A stretch of DNA of 26,911 nucleotides, taken from positions 1 to 26,911 of the forward strand of contig CALXPX010000001.1 of assembly GCA_944390305.1 (NCBI GenBank), in the 5' to 3' direction. This document shows, piece after piece, positions 9,873-18,239 of this stretch. The position numbers and the translations under genes were made by a program. The stretch comes from an uncultured Clostridia bacterium. Lineage in GTDB: Bacteria > Bacillota > Clostridia > TANB77 > CAG-508. The notes under the pieces are model-generated. The model had not been told where the DNA came from. It did no database searches and saw only the letters and a list, made by a program, of their open reading frames with translations. Positions within the stretch are counted from its first letter, which is position 1; every line of letters starts with the position of its first letter.

Positions 9873-10847
9873 CTATTTTAAATTTTTTCTAAAAAATTCT
9901 TCTATTTTATTAAAAGGTATTATGTCAATTTTATCATATAAATCAGTATGAACTGCATTTGGAATAATCATCAATTCTTTATTATCTCCTTTTAAATTTT
10001 TAAATGCATCTTTACTAAAATAACAAGAATGAGCTTTTTCACCATGTATCATTAAAACTGCATTTCTTATTTCATTACTATATTGAAGTATTGGCATATT
10101 AATAAATGATAATGATGATGTTACATTCCATCCATCATTTGAGTTCAATGATCTTTCATGATAACCACGCTTTGTTTTATAATAATCATAATAATCTTTT
10201 ACATAAAATGGTGCATCTTCTGGAAGTGGGTCTACAACTCCTCCAGCTTTTTTATATTTACCTTCTTTGTAGTCTTGTATTCTTTGAGCATTTAAACTTT
10301 TTTTCAATTCATAACGTTCATTTTCATTATCCATTGAATCAAAATATCCTTTTGAATTTAAACGACTCATATCGTACATTGTAGATGTGATTGTTGCCTT
10401 TATTCTAGTATCTATCGCAGCTGCATTTAAAGCCATTCCTCCCCATCCACAAATTCCAATAATACCTATTTTGTCTTTATCTACATTTTCTTGTACTGAC
10501 AAAAAATCTACTGCTGCAGAAAAATCTTCTGTATTAATATCTGGAGATGCAACATAGCGAGGTTTGCCACCACTTTCTCCGGTAAATGATGGATCAAATG
10601 CTATTGCTAAAAAACCTCTTTTAGCCATTTCCTGTGCATATAATCCTGATGCTTGTTCTTTTACTGCTCCAAAAGGTCCACATACAGCAATCGCTGAAAG
10701 TTTTCCTTCATAATTTTTAGGTTCATAAATGTCAGCTGCTAAAGTTATTCCATAACGATTATGAAATGTTACTTTACGGTGGTTTACTTTTTCACTTTTC
10801 GGGAACGTTTTATCCCATTTTTCGGTTAAGTTTAATTTTTCTTCCAT
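9873..10847 (-). CDS. Alpha/beta hydrolase (YcjY-like)
   Basis: 'GPFGAVKEQASGLYA', 'GICGWGG' (Cys at the nucleophile elbow), 'IHGEKAHS', 'HTDLYD'. Confidence 0.88.
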   Translation of the reverse strand: MEEKLNLTEKWDKTFPKSEKVNHRKVTFHNRYGITLAADIYEPKNYEGKLSAIAVCGPFGAVKEQASGLYAQEMAKRGFLAIAFDPSFTGESGGKPRYVASPDINTEDFSAAVDFLSVQENVDKDKIGIIGICGWGGMALNAAAIDTRIKATITSTMYDMSRLNSKGYFDSMDNENERYELKKSLNAQRIQDYKEGKYKKAGGVVDPLPEDAPFYVKDYYDYYKTKRGYHERSLNSNDGWNVTSSLSFINMPILQYSNEIRNAVLMIHGEKAHSCYFSKDAFKNLKGDNKELMIIPNAVHTDLYDKIDIIPFNKIEEFFRKNLK

Positions 10848-10907
10848 AAAATTACCTTCTTTCTTATTTTTTATTATTTATACTTTTATATATTTTTATT
10901 ATCTTAT

Positions 10908-11486
10908 TTATTTTATAAGTTCAAACCTTATATTTACACTTCCACTATCTAACTCAGATATAAACTCATCTATATTATCTATTTTTCCTAAATCAGTATA
11001 GCTATATGAATTACTGAAATTATCATAAAATATGACTAAACAATTATTACCATATAATTTAATATCTCCTGCATTTATTTTTTCTGGTGTATATGCATTT
11101 TCAACCAAATTAAAATTTAAATAATTGTATTTTTCATTAGAATTTAAATCACTCATATTTAAAGTCATTGGAAAATTCTGTATTAAACTTCTTACAGTTT
11201 CATTATTATTTAATGTTGCACTAAAAGTTTTATTATTTATTATTAAATTTATTTTTATATTTTCATATTTAATATTCATATCTTCACCTTCTTTATTTAA
11301 TTCCTCTATATTATTATCTTCTACTGAATTTGTATAACCTGTATTTATATTTATATTTTTCTTTTCTTCTAATTTATTTGTAATTTTGTTTTGATTTAAA
11401 TAAAACATGTTAAATATAACAATTATAACTATTATTATAAGAATTATTGCTAAGAAAAGTATTAATATATTTTTTGTTTTTTTCAT
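10908..11486 (-). CDS. Cyclophilin-like fold protein with N-terminal membrane anchor
   Basis: 'FSATLNNNETVRSL..FPMTLNMSDLNSNEKY...AGDIKLYGNNCLVIFY...YT.LGKI' pattern. Confidence 0.8.
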   Translation of the reverse strand: MKKTKNILILFLAIILIIIVIIVIFNMFYLNQNKITNKLEEKKNININTGYTNSVEDNNIEELNKEGEDMNIKYENIKINLIINNKTFSATLNNNETVRSLIQNFPMTLNMSDLNSNEKYNYLNFNLVENAYTPEKINAGDIKLYGNNCLVIFYDNFSNSYSYTDLGKIDNIDEFISELDSGSVNIRFELIK

Positions 11487-11609
11487 ACTTTTTACCCCTA
11501 TTTATATGATTTTAATTTATATACTAATGAAAATCAAGAAATGAATTTGTTTTTATATAGTAAATGCAAAAATTACCTTATATGTTATATAAAGTAATTT
11601 TTGTATATT

Positions 11610-12470
11610 TTATTCTTTATTTTTTCTTTCCTTTATTAATTTTATAAACATATCCACTGTTTCTGGTGATTGATGGTCAAAGAATAAGCTAGTTTTTGTA
11701 TCCAATAGAGCTATTTTTTTCATATCTTCATCAGATATCTCAAAATCAAATATTTCAAAATTTTCTTTCATTCTTTCTATTTTACTTGATTTAGCAAGTG
11801 CTATTACATTTCTTTGTGTAAGCCATCTTAAAATTACTTGAGCTACTGTTTTATTATATTTTTTTGAAATCTTAATTAGAGTTTCATTTGAAAACATATT
11901 ATTTCTTCCCTCTCCAAATGGAGCCCAAGCTTCTATTTGCACATTGTGCTTTTCCATATTTTTTTGAGCATATATTTGCTGATTAAAAACATTAGTTTCA
12001 ACTTGGTTTACCTGAGGAACTATTTTATTAAAACTTGCTATATCTGATAATCTATCTGGATAAAAATTGCTTACTCCTATAGCTTTTATTTTGCCTTTTT
12101 CATACAAATCTTCTAAAGCATGATAAGATCCATAATAATCACCAAATGGTTGATGTAATAATACTAAGTCTATATAATCTACTTTTAATTTTTCCATTGA
12201 AGCCATTATAGAATTTGTAGTTTTTTCATAGCCATAATTATCTATCCATACTTTTGTTGTAATAAATAGTTCTTCTCTTGGAACTCCACTTTTTACTATT
12301 GCATTTCCTACTTGCTCTTCATTAAAATAACTTTGTGCTGTGTCAATTAATCTGTATCCTACTTTTATTGCATCTAATACACATCTTTCACAATCTTCTT
12401 TAGATATTTGATATACTCCAAATCCTAATTTTGGCATTTTTACGCCATTGTTTAAAGTTACATATTCCAT
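11610..12470 (-). CDS. Aldo/keto reductase (2,5-DKG reductase-like)
   Basis: 'TLNNGVKMPKLGFGVYQ', 'IDTAQSY.NE', 'LFITTKVW', 'YIDLVLLHQP', 'IGVSNF'. Confidence 0.93.
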   Translation of the reverse strand: MEYVTLNNGVKMPKLGFGVYQISKEDCERCVLDAIKVGYRLIDTAQSYFNEEQVGNAIVKSGVPREELFITTKVWIDNYGYEKTTNSIMASMEKLKVDYIDLVLLHQPFGDYYGSYHALEDLYEKGKIKAIGVSNFYPDRLSDIASFNKIVPQVNQVETNVFNQQIYAQKNMEKHNVQIEAWAPFGEGRNNMFSNETLIKISKKYNKTVAQVILRWLTQRNVIALAKSSKIERMKENFEIFDFEISDEDMKKIALLDTKTSLFFDHQSPETVDMFIKLIKERKNKE

Positions 12471-12590
12471 AATATTTTACCTCCTAAATTAATATATTAT
12501 TTATTTTTAGTTATTTGTTTTTATTGTTTACAAATAACTTATAAATTACTATTTTTCTCCTTTCTTTTTTATATAATATATTTTATCATG

Positions 12591-12618
12591 TTGACTTTTT
12601 TATATTTTTTAGTATAAT
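12591..12618 (+). promoter_or_regulatory. Sigma-A-like promoter of the merR-family gene, overlapping the divergent promoter region
   Basis: TTGACT (12591-12596), 16 nt, TATAAT (12613-12618). Confidence 0.55.
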
Positions 12619-12621
12619 TGA

Positions 12622-12652
12622 ATTATACACGTCGATAGTTGCTATCGGTCAA
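12622..12652 (-). promoter_or_regulatory. MerR-type promoter with 19-bp spacer and operator dyad, facing the aldo/keto reductase
   Basis: TTGACC (12652-12647), 19 nt, TATAAT (12627-12622); dyad CGATAG-ttg-CTATCG at 12633-12647. Confidence 0.85.
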
Positions 12653-12705
12653 TAGTTTTTAAAAAAATTTATTTTTTATATAAATTTATTTGGGGAGGTT
12701 AGTTT

Positions 12706-13098
12706 ATGTATTCAATGAAAGAAACTTGTCAATTAGTCAATATGAGTTATCAAACTTTAAAATTTTATTGTAATGAAGGTTTAATTCCTAATGTAAAAAG
12801 AGATAGAAATAATTATAGAATTTTTGATGATAATGATATTAATTGGATTAAAAGTTTATATTGTCTTAAAAATTGTGGTATGAGTATTAAAGAAATGAAA
12901 AATTATTTAGATTTATGTCTACAAGGTGAATCTACAATTCCTATAAGAAAAGAAATTTTAAAACACAAGCAAGAAGAATTATTAAAAGAAAAAGAAAAAA
13001 TTCAAAGTAGCATTGATTTCATAGATTGGAAACAACATTTTTATGATGATGTATTAAGTGGAAAAACTAAATATTATAGTAATTTGATAAAATCATAA
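12706..13098 (+). CDS. MerR family transcriptional regulator (AdhR/NmlR-like)
   Basis: N-terminal HTH 'TLKFYCNEGLIP.VKRD.NNYRIF'; Cys in 'LYCLKNCGMSIKEM' as in AdhR-type regulators. Confidence 0.88.
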   Translation: MYSMKETCQLVNMSYQTLKFYCNEGLIPNVKRDRNNYRIFDDNDINWIKSLYCLKNCGMSIKEMKNYLDLCLQGESTIPIRKEILKHKQEELLKEKEKIQSSIDFIDWKQHFYDDVLSGKTKYYSNLIKS

Positions 13099-13134
13099 AA
13101 ACAAAAAAGAGAGGAAATCCTCTCTTTTTTGTTT
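13099..13134. terminator. Bidirectional intrinsic terminator
   Basis: AAACAAAAAAGAGAGG-aaat-CCTCTCTTTTTTGTTT perfect inverted repeat between convergent stops. Confidence 0.9.
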
Positions 13135-13831
13135 AATTATTATTAATTTCATATTCTGATAGATCTGGCTCTTCTAAATCCTTGTCTGTTACTACATCAA
13201 ATCTAAATTCATATGTAGTTTCTATTACTCTTCCATCTTTTAAAGTTTCTTCAAATCTTACAGGTAAACCAGTTTCTTTTTCTATATATACACTTGGAAA
13301 TCCTACTCCTTCTCCTGATGCTATCATACTATCCATTGGACCTGTTATTTTATAACATTCTATTCCATTTACTTCCTCAGTAGTTATTAAGTTAGTTGCT
13401 CCATTAAAGAACACTCCCCAAAATCCATAAGATGTTTCTGTAAAATCTACAATTTGTGATTTTGATACTAATCCTTGATTATCTTGTACTGTTGCCTTCT
13501 TGCTTTCTAATGCAAAAAATTTATGAGTACTTTTGCTATCTATTTGTATAAACTTTTCTTTTCCATTATACCTTACTATTGTTTTATCTGTTCCATCTTT
13601 ATAAAAAACTTCTGCTTCAACTATTTTTCCATCAGCTTTTTCTGAAATTACTCTTTTATAAACATTATTACTACTTTCATATGCCATATTTTTATTATGT
13701 AAAGTATTTAATATTATTGAATTTCTGATAATAAATATTAAATAAATTATTACAATTATTCCTAATATTAAAAATATTCCCCTTAATACTTTTCTTCCGT
13801 TTTTTTGTTCTTTATCCTTTTTATCTTCCAT
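13133..13831 (-). CDS. Membrane-anchored hypothetical protein, possibly LolA-like beta fold
   Basis: Single N-terminal TM, then a beta-rich region with 'EEVNGIECYKI' and 'YIEKETGLPVRFEE'. The fold is inference. Confidence 0.6.
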   Translation of the reverse strand: MEDKKDKEQKNGRKVLRGIFLILGIIVIIYLIFIIRNSIILNTLHNKNMAYESSNNVYKRVISEKADGKIVEAEVFYKDGTDKTIVRYNGKEKFIQIDSKSTHKFFALESKKATVQDNQGLVSKSQIVDFTETSYGFWGVFFNGATNLITTEEVNGIECYKITGPMDSMIASGEGVGFPSVYIEKETGLPVRFEETLKDGRVIETTYEFRFDVVTDKDLEEPDLSEYEINNN

Positions 13832-13905
13832 TTTTTTACTCCTTTTCTTTAGATAATATATATTTTCATATTAGCATTAGAAAAAAATTTTTGCAATACT
13901 TTTTA

Positions 13906-14589
13906 TTAAATATCTTTTTTATTATAAATATTATATGATATTTTATATGATATGTAATACATTATTGTCATTATTATAACTAATGTTATAATTCCATATT
14001 GCTTAAAAAAGTTTTTAATTATTTCTACATTTATATCTACCTTTGCTTCTGTCAAAAAATATCCTAATGCTCCTATAATTAAAGCTATTGCAAATATAAG
14101 TACAAACATTTCTATTCTTCCTTTTTCAGCACCCCATTTATATATACTTGGTATTTGAATTGCTTCTACTAAAGATATCCCAAACATTCCTGATATTGTT
14201 GTAATAAATAATTTACTATAATCTAAAGAAATAAAATTTTCTGGTCTTATATTATTATTTATATTTATAATTATAATAGTAATTATATATCCCAATATTG
14301 CGCCTATTATTGTTGCTAATATTGTTAATATGTATTTTTCTACTACTATCTCTTTTTTATTTACAGGCATTGATAAAATATATTTGTCTGATTTAGATTG
14401 TTCATCATAGCTAAATGTTGCAATAGCAATCATACCTATCATTGTCACTATCATAATTGGGATATAATTTATTGCATTTGAACTAAAATACGCAAATGCA
14501 CATATAAAAACTATAATTATTAATATTGAGTTTTTGTAACTTACTAAATTAAATAAATCTTTTTTTATTAAGCCTTTAATTTCTTTCAT
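13906..14589 (-). CDS. ABC-2 type transporter permease
   Basis: Six TM segments with 'FSYDEQSKSDKYILSMPVNKKEIVVEKY' and 'IPSIYKWGAEKGR'. Confidence 0.88.
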   Translation of the reverse strand: MKEIKGLIKKDLFNLVSYKNSILIIIVFICAFAYFSSNAINYIPIMIVTMIGMIAIATFSYDEQSKSDKYILSMPVNKKEIVVEKYILTILATIIGAILGYIITIIIININNNIRPENFISLDYSKLFITTISGMFGISLVEAIQIPSIYKWGAEKGRIEMFVLIFAIALIIGALGYFLTEAKVDINVEIIKNFFKQYGIITLVIIMTIMYYISYKISYNIYNKKDI

Positions 14590-14591
14590 TT

Positions 14592-15449
14592 CTATTTTTC
14601 TCCTTTTATATAAAATAACATTATATCTTCTATTGAAGCTTTATCAATTGTTGATATTTTGTATTTATTTTCAAATTCATATTTGTTGTTTACTAATACT
14701 TCATATTGATATTTTTCTTTTTTATATCTTATATAATCTTTAGTATCTATTTTTTCAAAGTCTTGCCTACTGCATTTTACTATAGCATAATTGTCTAGTA
14801 ATTCTTGCATTTCTATATTTAACATTAACTTTCCATTATCAATAAATACTATATAGTCTGAAATATGTTCTAAATCTGTTGTAATATGTGTAGACAATAA
14901 AATGGATCTATTTTCATCTTCTTCAATATAATTTCTAAATATATCTAATATTTCATTTCTTATTATTGGATCTAAAGTACTTGTAGGTTCATCTAATATT
15001 AATAACTTTGGATTATGAGACATTGCAGTAGCTATTTTTAATTTCATTTTCATTCCACTTGAGAATTCTTTTATTATCTTATTTTCTGGTAGATTAAACT
15101 TTTTCAAGTATTCCCTATATACTTTTTCATCCCAGTTTTCATAAAATTCTTTCATTATTTTATTAATACTTTTTGCATTTAAATAATCAGATAAAAAACT
15201 ATCATCTAAAACTGTTCCTATTTCCTTTTTTATATTTTTTTCATCTTTTTTAATATCCTTACCAAATATCTTTATTTCACCAGAATAACTTATTATATTT
15301 AATATGGATTTAATTGTAGTAGTTTTTCCTGCTCCATTTTCTCCAATTAAGCCAACAATAGCTCCTTTGGGTACGTTAAAACTTATATTTTTTAGTTCAA
15401 ATCCACTATATTTTTTAGAAATATTATTTATCTCTATATTATTTGTCAT
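14592..15449 (-). CDS. ABC transporter ATP-binding protein (YtrB-like)
   Basis: GENGAGKTT, FSSGMKMK, LLILDEPTS, LLSTH. Start moved to ATG 15449 (MTNNIE), which has a GAGGAGG RBS. Confidence 0.9.
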   Translation of the reverse strand: MTNNIEINNISKKYSGFELKNISFNVPKGAIVGLIGENGAGKTTTIKSILNIISYSGEIKIFGKDIKKDEKNIKKEIGTVLDDSFLSDYLNAKSINKIMKEFYENWDEKVYREYLKKFNLPENKIIKEFSSGMKMKLKIATAMSHNPKLLILDEPTSTLDPIIRNEILDIFRNYIEEDENRSILLSTHITTDLEHISDYIVFIDNGKLMLNIEMQELLDNYAIVKCSRQDFEKIDTKDYIRYKKEKYQYEVLVNNKYEFENKYKISTIDKASIEDIMLFYIKGEK

Positions 15450-15450
15450 T

Positions 15451-15828
15451 CTATTTTTCCTCCTCAAATATAATATTTATTAATTCTAAAATTTCTTCTT
15501 TAGTTATATCTGACATTTTTGCTATTATATTTATTTCTTCTATATGTTTTTGAATCTCTTTTATTTTCTCTTCTCTCAATAATTCTAAATTTTTAGGTGC
15601 AACAAAACTTCCTTTTCCTTGAACAGTTTTTATAAAACCTTCTTTTTCTAATTCATCATAAGCTTTCTTTACAGTTAAGAAGCTTATTTTTAGGTCATTT
15701 GCCATAGTTCTTACAGATGGCAAAATTTCCTTTTCTTTTAGTTCGTTAGAAAATATTGCTTGTTTTATTGCTATCTTTATTTGTTCATAAATAGGTATAC
15801 TACTACTATTACTTATTATAATGTTCAT
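15451..15828 (-). CDS. GntR family regulator, YtrA subfamily
   Basis: 'PIYEQIK...LPSVRTMA.DLKISFLTVKKAYDELE..G.I....GKGSFV'. Start moved to ATG 15828, which has a GGAGGG RBS. Confidence 0.9.
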   Translation of the reverse strand: MNIIISNSSSIPIYEQIKIAIKQAIFSNELKEKEILPSVRTMANDLKISFLTVKKAYDELEKEGFIKTVQGKGSFVAPKNLELLREEKIKEIQKHIEEINIIAKMSDITKEEILELINIIFEEEK

Positions 15829-15838
15829 AAATCCCTCC

Positions 15839-15883
15839 ATATACTGTTATATGTAATATATAACAGTATATAACAATTGTCAA
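15839..15883 (-). promoter_or_regulatory. Sigma-A promoter plus 14-bp inverted-repeat operator of the YtrA-like operon
   Basis: TTGACA (15883-15878), 17 nt, TATATT (15860-15855); ATATACTGTTATAT-gtaat-ATATAACAGTATAT at 15839-15871 overlaps the -10 and +1. Confidence 0.8.
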
Positions 15884-15906
15884 TATATTTATATAAAAAT
15901 ATAAAA

Positions 15907-15938
15907 AAATAAACCGCAAATAAATATGCGATTTATTT
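15907..15938 (-). terminator. Intrinsic terminator of the 15947-16648 gene
   Basis: Minus strand AAATAAATCGCA-loop-TGCGGTTTATTT followed by a T-run. Confidence 0.7.
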
Positions 15939-15946
15939 CTTATTTC

Positions 15947-16648
15947 TTATTTATACATGCTTAATGAATCTACTAGAGTATTATATTCACTAACAAGTTC
16001 ATCTGTTTCAAATAAAATAGTTCCGTTTTCTATTTCCCATGAATCTTTATTTTCTCTTAAAAAGTCTATTATATCATTTGATTTGTTTAGTAAACTTATT
16101 AGCTCGTTTATAGAAGTTTCTATTTCTTCATATTGGCTTTCACCCATTATTGTTTTATAAAGTTCTACATAATAGTCATCTAAATTTTTTTTATTTATAT
16201 ATGACATTACCTTTTCTTCTTGCATATAATCACTATAATTTTTCTTTAGGTTTTCTAATTTTTCTATTGCTTCCTTAATATAGTTCTTAGTATTTGTAAA
16301 TTCTTTTCCATCTTCCTTATAATTCTCTACAGATAATATTTTAGTCATTTTGCCGTCATTTACCATTTCTATAAGTTCTAAATTTAGCTGTATAACTTCT
16401 TTTAAATAGCTTTTTGCTGCATCTTCTACTTCTCCATATTCTCCATCTGATACTCTTTCATCTAATCTTTTATTTATAGATTCTGCAGTATAATTATTTG
16501 AAGCAATTATGGTTGAAATTTCATTCATTTCTGCTTTTAATTCATTTTCTTTTTTCAAATCTGTAACCGCAGAATATGCTAAAACTCCTACTATAGCTAA
16601 TACTAATACAATTATTCCTACTATTAAAAATATCCACTTTTTTTTCAT
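15947..16648 (-). CDS. Hypothetical membrane-anchored helical protein
   Basis: 233-aa ORF with GGAGG RBS, N-terminal TM and a helical body. Family not recognised. Confidence 0.7.
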   Translation of the reverse strand: MKKKWIFLIVGIIVLVLAIVGVLAYSAVTDLKKENELKAEMNEISTIIASNNYTAESINKRLDERVSDGEYGEVEDAAKSYLKEVIQLNLELIEMVNDGKMTKILSVENYKEDGKEFTNTKNYIKEAIEKLENLKKNYSDYMQEEKVMSYINKKNLDDYYVELYKTIMGESQYEEIETSINELISLLNKSNDIIDFLRENKDSWEIENGTILFETDELVSEYNTLVDSLSMYK

Positions 16649-16794
16649 ATTCTTTCCTCCCTTTTATTTTCTAGATATATAATAACATAAAAAATAAAAA
16701 AATCAATAAAAAGTAGTATATTTCTATATATATATTTCATTTACACCATATTAATGACATTATTAATAACCTTTCAAGCTTTACTTTTTATATT

Positions 16795-17952
16795 TTAATA
16801 ATTTATTTTTAGCAAATCTATAAATACAAAGCTACACGAAAACCGTATATAAACATCAGGATTGTCTGGATAGTTATTCCAACGAGATGATGTTGGATTG
16901 CCAGATCCAGAATTGTGGTAATCTCCCCCTCGATCAACTCGATAGCCAGTAGATTTCTCCTTCATTGTCCATTCAAACACGTTTCCTGCCAAATCATAAA
17001 TATTATTTACTCTATAATTATCATTTGATCCACATCTTGCTAATTTTCCTGAATAATTTCCTTTATCTGTTGAATTTCTTACGAACGATTTTTCGTCACA
17101 ATTTGATGTCTTATAACTTGGGTCTATCCACGTCATTATTGCATCCCACTGTACTCCATATATTAGCGTACTTGTTACATTATATCTACTTTTATCTGTA
17201 TACATTCCTTGCGATTTTGCAACTGCTCCTTCTGTTCCTATAGATGTCATACTTTCTCCCCATGTTATATTGTTCCACACTTCTGCTCCCTTTTTGCTTA
17301 CTACTATATCTACTCCATCTATATTTTCTTTTCCTGCTTCATATCTTGCTACATAAAATCCTTTATTGTCTTCTACACTTTGTTTCATATTATTATATTC
17401 TTCTAGTTCATTTGGATATCTATATCCTTCTGGTGATGGTTCTGAACATTCTATAAAATACGCTGAGTTTGGTGAATCCTTATAATAACTTGTATATCTT
17501 ATAAACTCATCTATATTTTCTACTGGAACCCATACAAATTGATTCCCAATTAAACCATCTCCTGGTATATTGGCTTGGTCTGTATATTTTTCTTTTGAGT
17601 ATTTATTCTCATCTGCTTTTGCATCTGATATTACTATTCCATCTGATTTAGTTCCCCCAACATAATAAAAGCCTTTTGGCACTTTTACTCCTTCTACTTT
17701 TACTTCTTCATTCATATATTTATCTATGAAGTTTGATGCTTTATTTAATTCATCTTGTTCCTTAAGGCTAGCTATTTCATATCTATCTACCGCATTCTCT
17801 GCTCTTGTAAATATTCCATTAGTTCCTATTGTTAAATTTATTGCTACTCCTGCTAAGATTAATAATACTATTATTGTAACCACTAATGCTATTAATGTTA
17901 TTCCTCTTATCCCACTTTTTACTTTTTCAACTACTTTTTTCTCTTTTTCCAT
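16795..17952 (-). CDS. Pilin-like N-terminus plus C-terminal FGE-sulfatase/CLec-like domain; frameshifted about 9 codons before the expected end
   Basis: G|ITLIALVVTIIVLLILAGVAI class III-like signal; 'GNQFVWVPV', 'GFYVARYEAG', 'NIYDLAGNVFEWT', 'RGG'. GFRVALYL* lies out of frame at 16844-16818. Confidence 0.8.
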   Translation of the reverse strand: MEKEKKVVEKVKSGIRGITLIALVVTIIVLLILAGVAINLTIGTNGIFTRAENAVDRYEIASLKEQDELNKASNFIDKYMNEEVKVEGVKVPKGFYYVGGTKSDGIVISDAKADENKYSKEKYTDQANIPGDGLIGNQFVWVPVENIDEFIRYTSYYKDSPNSAYFIECSEPSPEGYRYPNELEEYNNMKQSVEDNKGFYVARYEAGKENIDGVDIVVSKKGAEVWNNITWGESMTSIGTEGAVAKSQGMYTDKSRYNVTSTLIYGVQWDAIMTWIDPSYKTSNCDEKSFVRNSTDKGNYSGKLARCGSNDNYRVNNIYDLAGNVFEWTMKEKSTGYRVDRGGDYHNSGSGNPTSSRWNNYPDNPDVYIRFSCSFVFIDLLKINY

Positions 17953-17982
17953 ATTGTAACCTCCTTTTAATCTTTAGACAAC

Positions 17983-18022
17983 AAAAAACTATGCTATTTA
18001 GATTCGTCTAAAAAGCATAGTT
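17983..18022 (-). terminator. Leader terminator 1, upstream of the pilin-CLec gene
   Basis: AACTATGCTTTTTAGA-cgaa-TCTAAATAGCATAGTT (one mismatch) followed by T's, about 30 nt before the start codon. Confidence 0.85.
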
Positions 18023-18059
18023 CTATCTCTATGTTTACATAAGTTTATTTTGTTAAATC

Positions 18060-18113
18060 CTACGATATATATATATATATATATACAGCCTCAAGGCTTA
18101 TCTGTCTTTTTAT
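18060..18113 (-). other. Putative leader ORF 1 (ATA start): IKRQISLEAVYIYIYIS*
   Basis: AGGAG-N7-ATA, in the same frame as the ATG-started leader of copy 2. The start codon is non-canonical. Confidence 0.45.
18065..18085. repeat. 21-nt (AT)n microsatellite, copy 1
   Basis: TACG-(AT)10A-CAGCC read directly from the sequence. Confidence 0.97.
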
Positions 18114-18147
18114 TTGTTTTCTCCTATTTTATTTTTTTATTATATTT

Positions 18148-18176
18148 ATTTTATATGTTTTTATTTCTTTAGTCAA
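18148..18176 (-). promoter_or_regulatory. Sigma-A-like promoter for leader 1
   Basis: TTGACT (18176-18171), 17 nt, TAAAAT (18153-18148). Confidence 0.7.
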
Positions 18177-18239
18177 TATTTTTATAATGAAAGTTTTTTT
18201 TCAGTATATTTCTATATTTAATTATATACTTTTTTAATT

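Larger units (their letters stand above)
17983..18093. repeat. 111-bp direct repeat, copy 1 (leader element)
   Basis: 106/111 identical to 22751-22861 by manual alignment. Confidence 0.95.

Noticed and set aside
16645-16740. 31-codon ORF (MKYIYRN...) containing an 11-nt TA run, with its TGA overlapping the next ATG
   Set aside because: It lacks the conserved flanks and terminator of the 111-bp element, has a weak RBS, and spans a likely promoter. It is plausibly chance in AT-rich DNA.
16700-16817. DGR IMH/cruciform hairpin downstream of the putative variable region
   Set aside because: Only a weak AT-only 7-bp stem (TATTAAT/ATTAATA) was found, which is not convincing without the template repeat.
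17983-18093. Leader element as a known riboswitch (c-di-GMP-I/II, T-box) or as a CRISPR repeat
   Set aside because: No GEMM GGCAAA/GNRA-receptor core or T-box motif is recognisable. There are only two copies, 4.8 kb apart, with no spacer array. An Rfam scan was not run.
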